Shown here in pieces: positions 57,522 through 64,000 of a stretch of 64,000 bases of DNA. The stretch spans positions 7,350 through 71,349 of the forward strand of contig CAZHDB010000005.1 in NCBI GenBank assembly GCA_964531225.1, read 5' to 3'. The notes beneath the pieces were generated by a model that saw only the letters and a list, made by a program, of their open reading frames with translations, did no database searches and was not told the DNA's origin. A program made the position numbers and the translations under genes. The stretch's first letter is position 1. Each line of letters opens with the position of its first letter. Source of the stretch: an uncultured Desulfurococcaceae archaeon. GTDB taxonomy: Archaea > Thermoproteota > Thermoprotei_A > Sulfolobales > Desulfurococcaceae.

Positions 57522-58925
57522 ATGGAGTATGAATTACTTGTTACAGCATTTTACTTATCAGCTCTCTCCTATTACATAGGTACATTACTCTACATGCTAC
57601 CTATACCTTTCTACGGTGTAAAGAAATGGGCTCCCACACTCATGGTTGACGGCATATTCTCAGCTATATTGGTCTTTGCATACACTATACTACTATGGCT
57701 GATAGAATATTTTGGAGAATTACTAGGTAGTGACTGGACTTCATTCTATACATGGCTTGGAGTGAAAACAGGTATTGTTGCTACATTAATGACTGTATTA
57801 AGAGTAATTGCTGCAAGCGCATCCTTTACTGGTGCAAAAGTTATTGTTAGTAGCGTTATATCGCCACTAATATCATCGCTAACATATGTTACAATGACAT
57901 TATTAACAATAGCTATGATAGCAGTAATTATAACAAGTTATGGAGCTAGACTACTTACGCTAGGAATATTATTACATGCGGTACCATTTAGACTAACTAG
58001 AGCCAGCGGAGCCATGATCATTTCAATAATAATGGTTTTCTCTATAGGCTTACCAATAATGCCTTTATATGTAGAGCTATTATCTCAACCTATTGGAGTA
58101 CCGGACTTAATAGTAGTTGACTATGGCATAGCATATGTAAAGATACATGTTAATGACAGTATTGGAAACCCTATATCATTTCCTGTATTTAAAGCCTTTA
58201 CACATGATAATATGACTTTAGCTGTCTATTATGGTGGAGAAGATGGTATAATAGATGCAACACGCCAGGATAGCGGGTTACCTGGTTCTAGAAGCTATAA
58301 TGTAGATATAGATATTGCTGGAATACACTTATTTAAAACAATAGATCCTGTTAAAGAATACATGAATGGAAATAATACGTTTTATAAGCTACATATATCA
58401 ATTAATAATACACTTCAACTTGAACCATTACATTTGATCTATTTAGAAGGAATTAGTATACAAAATTATTCATTAGGCTCCGGATACTACGAACTTGTTG
58501 TCTATAGTTATGAAAGTAATTACTTCTATGTAATAACTTGTCAGCAAGATACTGTAATAGTGTATATTGATGGTGAAATAGAGAGTCCGTTGGAAACAAT
58601 AAGTTACACATGGTATAACATTGATATGGTTAGTCTTAAATATCAATTATCATCAGGGCAACATACTATCGCTATCGAAATTTCGTATAATGAGATCCCT
58701 GTTCCTGAAGTCGATGAAGTCTATTACTTAAGAGATATAGCTAATATATCGTTGCTTAGTCCCTTAACGATAATTAACCCTATAGTATATTTAATATTTA
58801 ATTTATTCATAGCTCCGCTATCTTATATTGTAGTCTTAGTGTCATCATCATATGCTTTAGCTAAACTGATTGGTGGTACTACTCCAAGCCTATTTCGTGC
58901 ACTAACTGTAGGAGGAAGGCTTTAA
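57522..58925 (+). CDS. Polytopic membrane protein, CedA/VirB6-like candidate, with inserted extracellular beta-rich domain
   Basis: About six TM helices in the first 190 aa, a roughly 240-aa soluble region, then a C-terminal TM pair. Confidence 0.5.
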   Translation: MEYELLVTAFYLSALSYYIGTLLYMLPIPFYGVKKWAPTLMVDGIFSAILVFAYTILLWLIEYFGELLGSDWTSFYTWLGVKTGIVATLMTVLRVIAASASFTGAKVIVSSVISPLISSLTYVTMTLLTIAMIAVIITSYGARLLTLGILLHAVPFRLTRASGAMIISIIMVFSIGLPIMPLYVELLSQPIGVPDLIVVDYGIAYVKIHVNDSIGNPISFPVFKAFTHDNMTLAVYYGGEDGIIDATRQDSGLPGSRSYNVDIDIAGIHLFKTIDPVKEYMNGNNTFYKLHISINNTLQLEPLHLIYLEGISIQNYSLGSGYYELVVYSYESNYFYVITCQQDTVIVYIDGEIESPLETISYTWYNIDMVSLKYQLSSGQHTIAIEISYNEIPVPEVDEVYYLRDIANISLLSPLTIINPIVYLIFNLFIAPLSYIVVLVSSSYALAKLIGGTTPSLFRALTVGGRL

Positions 58926-59089
58926 TGAATATTGAATGGATTATATTATTAATGATGATATTCGTTATCGCGATTTCTTTAATGACTATAGAGCCTCCAA
59001 GATCTTTTATGATCAATGTATTATTTGTGTCAATAATATTATTTTTAAAACTGTTAATAAAGAAGGTGAATAAAGAACATGAAATTTAG
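58925..59089 (+). CDS. 54-aa two-TM protein (CedA2-like candidate), not in ORF track
   Basis: The ATG shares its A with the upstream TAA (TAATG). Product is MNIEWIILLMMIFVIAISLMTIEPPRSFMINVLFVSIILFLKLLIKKVNKEHEI. Overlaps the ATPase start by 11 nt. Confidence 0.55.
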   Translation: MNIEWIILLMMIFVIAISLMTIEPPRSFMINVLFVSIILFLKLLIKKVNKEHEI

Positions 59090-60746
59090 TGAGATCTTGG
59101 AAGCATTAATTGGCTATAAAGTTTCTTTCGAGATTAAAGATGGAATATTATTTATTATAAAAGGTAAGAAAGTTCATGGAATAAAATATTTAGTATCTAA
59201 TGAAGTTGACTATGGATTTAGAGATCTTGATCCCAGTAGGCTTTATAGAATCGTTGAAACATATACAAGTCTTTATTCAAGAATGCCTGTTGGAACAGAG
59301 ATAAAAATTGTAAAGCTCAATATAGACAGGAGAAAATTATTGAAACGTATTGAAAATGAAATGCTAAACATTAGAGCAGCTATTGATATAGTAAAAGAGC
59401 CTCATACTATTAAGAAACAAGAACTTAGACTCAGGCTTCTTGAAAGACTTTATGAGAAGATAATCTCATCAAAGGATATTGAAAGAATAATTCTTATAAT
59501 AAAGATTAGAAGTGAAGGAACAAGTATAGCTACTGTAAAAGAATCATTAGATACACTTTCTGAAATGATTATTAGCTTCTTTAAACTTGGCCTCGGGATA
59601 ATTCTTAGAAGTGTAAGCGATAGTGAAGTGAGAGAAATCATTAGATACGAGCTAGGAATAGTAGAGAAACCTAAAGGGAAACCGATAATTATTGAGACCC
59701 CCAAGCTTGCATCACTACAACCTATACCTTTTAACAAGAAACCCGGCATAGAGAAGATGGAAGGAATTTATATAGGTAATGATCTAGAAAGCGGGTGGCC
59801 AATTATTATTGACAAAGATGCATTAAGTAAGCATATAGCTGTAATTGGACCTACAGGCAAGGGTAAAACAGTAACTCTAGCCACTATAATGGAGTCAATG
59901 GTTGCTTTAGGAGATTCAAATATCATAGCCATTGATTTTAAGGGAGATCTGGCATCATTAATTAATAAAAATCTAATAAGAGTTCTCGAACCAAATAGCT
60001 TACCCTTAAATTTACTTATTAAGCCTGATTATATACCTCGTATTGACTGGGCCCTCATAGTTAATGATCTATTAATTAATGTAATGAAGATCGATCCAAA
60101 GCGTTCATCTGCTATATTAAGTGCTATTGTTGAGGGCAAGATAGATAGTTTAAATGCCGAGAAAATATTATTGAATAGAGATCTTGCTATATTAGCTAAT
60201 GTTATTGAGCTAGTTACTTCAGCTCCTAACTATTCAAAACTATATGATCTATTAGTTAAAGGTAATATATTATTTAGTCTTAGAGGTTATGGAACTACGT
60301 TTCAAAATATGTATGGAGGATTAGTATTGTCGATAATATCATACCTTGTCTCTATAGGTAGAATTCAGAGATCACCTGTAATAATTGATGAGGCATGGAG
60401 GATCATGAGAATAAAGTCTTTTAGAACTCTAGTAAAGGAGGGTAGAAGTAAAGGTGTTGGGGTAATCTATGCTGTTCAGAATATCGAAGATATACCGGAG
60501 GATATACTTGATAACACAAACACAATCATAGCTTTCGGGTCATATAGCGATAATTATGTTGACAAGATTAGGAGAGTACTTGGATTAAATAGGCATTATC
60601 TTGAGAAAATGAAACATTTATCAGTAGGTGAAGCAATCATAGTTACATCAATTGATCCGCATCCTCTAGTAATCAGAATAGAGCCGCCGAGTAAATTGGA
60701 GGAGAAGATTAAAGCTTCTAAGGAAATAAGATATATTATAGAATGA
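59079..60746 (+). CDS. VirB4/HerA-type ATPase, CedB-like candidate
   Basis: Walker A GPTGKGKTV, Walker B VIIDEAWRIM and GRSKGVGVIYAVQN. SD AAGGTGA lies upstream. 555 aa. Confidence 0.7.
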   Translation: MKFSEILEALIGYKVSFEIKDGILFIIKGKKVHGIKYLVSNEVDYGFRDLDPSRLYRIVETYTSLYSRMPVGTEIKIVKLNIDRRKLLKRIENEMLNIRAAIDIVKEPHTIKKQELRLRLLERLYEKIISSKDIERIILIIKIRSEGTSIATVKESLDTLSEMIISFFKLGLGIILRSVSDSEVREIIRYELGIVEKPKGKPIIIETPKLASLQPIPFNKKPGIEKMEGIYIGNDLESGWPIIIDKDALSKHIAVIGPTGKGKTVTLATIMESMVALGDSNIIAIDFKGDLASLINKNLIRVLEPNSLPLNLLIKPDYIPRIDWALIVNDLLINVMKIDPKRSSAILSAIVEGKIDSLNAEKILLNRDLAILANVIELVTSAPNYSKLYDLLVKGNILFSLRGYGTTFQNMYGGLVLSIISYLVSIGRIQRSPVIIDEAWRIMRIKSFRTLVKEGRSKGVGVIYAVQNIEDIPEDILDNTNTIIAFGSYSDNYVDKIRRVLGLNRHYLEKMKHLSVGEAIIVTSIDPHPLVIRIEPPSKLEEKIKASKEIRYIIE

Positions 60747-60808
60747 TGACTGGTGGGCTTTACAGACCCACCTAAAATATTGGGTATGAAGAGTGCGGTC
60801 GTATCTGA
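60743..60808 (+). ncRNA. C/D box sRNA candidate overlapping the stop codon of the ATPase gene
   Basis: ATGATGA-13 nt-CAGA-19 nt (an internal ACCCA/TGGGT stem that shares its A with the CAGA box)-ATGAAGA-12 nt(GTGCGGTCGTAT)-CTGA-TGTTTTT. Alternatively, GGTGGG (60752-57)/CCCACC (60767-72) could be a terminator-like hairpin. Confidence 0.4.
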
Positions 60809-60881
60809 TGTTTTTAGTGGAAAACACTAATTAGCTACGAATATATAATGGGTTGGATATGTTGTTAAGATGGTGTAGGAG

Positions 60882-61859
60882 GTGAATAGTAGTGGGTGGA
60901 AGGCAGAGAACAAGTTTGTTTCTGACAAAGGAGAAGAAAACAGTTGCTACAGAGACGAAGCAGACAAAGAGTGGGAGAAAAGGAAAGAAGAGATAGGTCT
61001 TTATAAGCGGAAAATCGATTTAATTGTTTTCCTACCAGACTCGTTATTGGTAAATGAACCTAGTCTTCGAGATAAGACTTATAAATATTTACAGATTGTT
61101 CGTTCTCTCTCTATTTTCCGTGTAAATAAGCTCATTATATATCGTGATCCATTACTTGATAATGAGCCGAGATATGATAAGGAGTTAATAACGAAGCTCC
61201 ATAACTATTACTTAGTGCCTCCCTATTTACGCAAGAAACTTATTCCAATAGATCCAATGTTAAAATATGTGGGCGCTGCACCGCCTCTTAGACTACTTAT
61301 ACATAGTGTAGGAAGTAAACCAGTAATTGGCGAATATAGGCAGGGATATGTTGAGAAAAAACATAGTAGCTATGTTCTAGTTGATGCTGGTCTACAAAAA
61401 CTAATTAGGGTAATATGTATTGATGAATGTCCTTCTAGAGAAAAAATAATACTTTTTAAACTAACCAGCACTAGACCTCTTGAGGGTGAATATAGAAAGT
61501 TATATCAATCAATACTATATACTGGTCCCATACTGGAATATAAGGATGATCTTCTTAAAGAAATAAAGAAGTTAAGAGAAAAAGCGTACTATTTAATGGC
61601 AACAAGTAAATATGGTAGGAAGATCTGCTTAAACCTGCTCACGTCATTAAAGAAATCATTTGAAGAACTATACAAGGGTATAGCGATACTCTTTGGCGCA
61701 CCATATTACGGGTTACATGAGATATTTAAAGGATATGGTAAATCTTTAGGAGAATACGTAGATATAGTTATAAACACCCTTCCAAATCAAGGTACAAAGA
61801 CAGTGAGAACGGAGGAAGCACTACACTCAACACTATCAATAATAAATCTAATAATTTAA
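60882..61859 (+). CDS. SPOUT-superfamily putative RNA methyltransferase (DUF171/COG2106-like)
   Basis: The core IDLIVFLPDSLL...LQIVRSLSIFRVNKLIIY is typical of the family. Position directly upstream of rpl3 matches many archaea. The N-terminal roughly 40 aa and the GTG start are uncertain. Confidence 0.55.
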   Translation: MNSSGWKAENKFVSDKGEENSCYRDEADKEWEKRKEEIGLYKRKIDLIVFLPDSLLVNEPSLRDKTYKYLQIVRSLSIFRVNKLIIYRDPLLDNEPRYDKELITKLHNYYLVPPYLRKKLIPIDPMLKYVGAAPPLRLLIHSVGSKPVIGEYRQGYVEKKHSSYVLVDAGLQKLIRVICIDECPSREKIILFKLTSTRPLEGEYRKLYQSILYTGPILEYKDDLLKEIKKLREKAYYLMATSKYGRKICLNLLTSLKKSFEELYKGIAILFGAPYYGLHEIFKGYGKSLGEYVDIVINTLPNQGTKTVRTEEALHSTLSIINLII

Positions 61860-61922
61860 ATGCATAGAGTTTAATACACCCAATCCCAGTTAAACCATAA
61901 TACTGGCATTAGGTGGCATGGA

Positions 61923-63056
61923 ATGGGACATCGTAAGAAGAGTGCTCCGAGAAGAGGTAGTTTAGGAGTCAGGCCTAGGAAGAGGGCAGCTCGTATAGTA
62001 CCTCGTGTCAAGTCATGGCCAGAGATAACTAGTGAGAAGCCACTATTGCTTGGTTTTGCAGGCTATAAAGCTGGAATGACTCATGCAATAATAATTGATG
62101 ATCGTCCAAATACTTTGACTAGCGGTAAAGAAATTTTCATACCCATAACAGTACTAGAGACCCCTCCTCTCATAATCCTTGGTATTCGAGGCTATAAATA
62201 CCATATATCAACTGGCCTAAAAAGTATAGGAGAAGTCTGGAGAAGTCCGATAGAAGCTCTTGAAGGAATCGCTAATGAATATTCTAAGAATCCATTTGTT
62301 GGCAAAGATGCCGAGGATATTGTTAGGCAATATCTTAAGGGCCTTAGAAAGAAGATCCCAAGTATCGTGAAAGAAGATGAGAAAGAGAAGTACAGATATA
62401 AGTTTCTAGAAGGTAATTGGGAAGCTAAGCTTGAGAAATTATTTAGTGAAGAACTAGATGATGTTAGAGTTATTGCTTCAACAATACCCGTTGTAACGGG
62501 TATTGGTAAGAAAAAGCCTGAGATACTTGAGATCAGGATTGGCGGTGGTAAAGAGTTTCAGCAGAGGCTAGATTATGCAAGAAACATAATCGGAGGTATT
62601 GTAGGGGTTAAGGAGGTATTTAGAGAGGGCCAGTTTATAGATATTATAGGCGTTACTAAGGGTAAAGGATTCCAAGGAGTCATAAAGAGATTTGGCGTAA
62701 AGGAGTTGCCTAGATGGCATAAGCACCGCAAGGGTAGTAGGAAGGTGGGTACACGTAGCCCTGGATTCGGTACAATAAGTACTGTTCCACAGCCGGGCCA
62801 AATGGGCTTTCATAGGAGGACTGAATACAATAAGAGGATCATTAGGATAGGAGACAATGGCTTAGAGGTTACTCCTGCAGGCGGCTTTCCTGGATATGGG
62901 ATTGTTAAGACTGCTTACATGCTTGTACAAGGCTCAATCATAGGTGCTAGAAAAAGACTACTAGTACTAAGACATCCTATTCGTCCACCAGACTGGGCAC
63001 CGGAAGGCCCTCCACAAATAGTCTACCTAAGCCTTACAAGTAAGCAAAGTGCTTAA
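61923..63056 (+). CDS. rpl3: 50S ribosomal protein L3
   Basis: N-terminus [22 protein letters not shown] plus FQGVIKRFG and [12 protein letters not shown] motifs. Confidence 0.95.
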   Translation: MGHRKKSAPRRGSLGVRPRKRAARIVPRVKSWPEITSEKPLLLGFAGYKAGMTHAIIIDDRPNTLTSGKEIFIPITVLETPPLIILGIRGYKYHISTGLKSIGEVWRSPIEALEGIANEYSKNPFVGKDAEDIVRQYLKGLRKKIPSIVKEDEKEKYRYKFLEGNWEAKLEKLFSEELDDVRVIASTIPVVTGIGKKKPEILEIRIGGGKEFQQRLDYARNIIGGIVGVKEVFREGQFIDIIGVTKGKGFQGVIKRFGVKELPRWHKHRKGSRKVGTRSPGFGTISTVPQPGQMGFHRRTEYNKRIIRIGDNGLEVTPAGGFPGYGIVKTAYMLVQGSIIGARKRLLVLRHPIRPPDWAPEGPPQIVYLSLTSKQSA

Positions 63057-63064
63057 ACAGTGGG

Positions 63065-63889
63065 GTGCAGGATATGGTCTGGACAATAGTTCATACACTT
63101 AAGCTTGAGAAGTTAAAGGTGCCAGTTTATGGAGTTAATGGAGAGCCTATAGGCGAGACCGAGCTTCCAGATATATTCTCTCTAATAATTAGGAAAGACT
63201 TGATTAGAAGAGCGTTTCATTCGGCTTTTACTGCAAGACTACAGCCTAAGGGCAGGGATCCATTAGCTGGTAAAAGAACTACGGCTAGGAGCTGGGGTGT
63301 AGGATATGGAATGGCCCGAGTACCAAGGCTACCTAATGGACGTGCAGCCTTCATTTCTTTTGCTCGCGGAGGACATCGTGCATTTCCACCAAGACCTGAT
63401 AAAAGAATTCATGAAGAAATTAATAGGAAGGAAATGGCCTATGCCATTATATCAGCGTTAGCTGCAACCGCTAAACCAGAATTTGTTAGAGCACGTGGAC
63501 ACGTATTTAGTGCTGAAAAATTACCCATAATTGTCGATGACGGTGTTGAAAAGGGTATTATTAAGGCTAGAGATGCCCGCGAATTCCTTAAGAAGATAGG
63601 TGTTTGGGAAGATATCGAGAGGGCTGGGAGAAGGACGAGGATCAGGGCTGGCCGTGGCAAGATGCGTGGTAGAAGGTATATTGAGCCTCGTAGTGTATTG
63701 TTCGTATTAAATAATACTTATAGCGAATTCGCGCTAGCCGTTAGAAATATGCCCGGCGTAGATGTTACAACACCTAATTTGCTCAACATACTATACTTAG
63801 CTCCAGGCGGCGTTCCTGGTAGATTAACGGTATATTCAGTGTCTGCTCTAGAAGCGATTGCATCAAAGTATAAGGTGGTAACATTATGA
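63065..63889 (+). CDS. rpl4: 50S ribosomal protein L4
   Basis: Follows rpl3. Contains L4-type segments [26 protein letters not shown] and [12 protein letters not shown]. The start may be the ATG at 63074. Confidence 0.9.
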   Translation: MQDMVWTIVHTLKLEKLKVPVYGVNGEPIGETELPDIFSLIIRKDLIRRAFHSAFTARLQPKGRDPLAGKRTTARSWGVGYGMARVPRLPNGRAAFISFARGGHRAFPPRPDKRIHEEINRKEMAYAIISALAATAKPEFVRARGHVFSAEKLPIIVDDGVEKGIIKARDAREFLKKIGVWEDIERAGRRTRIRAGRGKMRGRRYIEPRSVLFVLNNTYSEFALAVRNMPGVDVTTPNLLNILYLAPGGVPGRLTVYSVSALEAIASKYKVVTL

Positions 63890-64000
63890 GTGATCCGTAT
63901 AAGATAATTATTAGGCCTGTCCATACAGAGAAGGCTATTAACCTCATAGAGAAAGATAATACGCTAACTCTAATAGTTGATAGAAAGGCTACTAAAGGAG
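63886..64000 (+). CDS. rpl23: 50S ribosomal protein L23 (3' end lies outside the window)
   Basis: The ATG overlaps the rpl4 stop (ATGA). Product is [38 protein letters not shown]. Confidence 0.85.
   Translation, partial: MSDPYKIIIRPVHTEKAINLIEKDNTLTLIVDRKATKG

Noticed and set aside
54686-60746. An integrated conjugative plasmid or virus as the source of the VirB4-like ATPase
   Set aside because: There is no integrase, no att-like tRNA fragment and no plasmid replication or partition genes. The block is flanked by the S-layer gene and the ribosomal protein operon, so a chromosomal Ced-type system fits better.
1-64000. CRISPR arrays, rRNA genes, inteins
   Set aside because: I saw no regularly spaced 24-37-nt direct repeats and no rRNA-like GC-rich blocks. 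The usual intein hosts here (RadA, Top6, reverse gyrase, ThrRS, helicases) have normal lengths and uninterrupted motifs.

Overview
AT-rich chromosomal segment from a hyperthermophilic crenarchaeon (Thermoproteota, Desulfurococcales-like). The lineage call rests on reverse gyrase, topoisomerase VI A/B, two Alba paralogues, an Rpo13-like protein, an Elf1-like factor, archaeal-type ThrRS, RadA, PCNA, XPB, RtcB and the start of the L3-L4-L23 ribosomal operon. Coding density is high and mostly housekeeping. No rRNA gene or CRISPR array was seen. Main points: (1) a 1522-aa tetrabrachion-like S-layer protein with at least 22 in-register 11-residue repeats and a C-terminal membrane anchor. (2) Directly downstream, a tightly coupled six-gene operon. 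Its last four genes look like a Ced-type (VirB2/VirB6/VirB4-like) DNA-transfer module, including a 54-aa ORF absent from the ORF track. Its first two genes are uncharacterised, sequon-rich, pilin-like proteins. (3) A separate ATPase of the HerA/DUF87 type fused to a polytopic membrane domain. (4) A tRNA, probably Pro(CGG), that can only be reconstructed with two introns. It lies near a non-catalytic EndA-like subunit and RtcB. (5) Seven hand-identified C/D box sRNA candidates. Several overlap the annotated first codons or stop codons of ORFs, and some guides match conserved SSU rRNA or tRNA D-loop sequence. (6) An in-frame 198-bp tandem duplication inside top6B. (7) A heavily deleted TnpB (IS200/IS605) remnant beside xpb. 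(8) A short GC-rich structured island. (9) A minimal type IV pilus locus plus a prepilin peptidase. All calls come from manual reading of the sequence and recalled family motifs; no database search was run.
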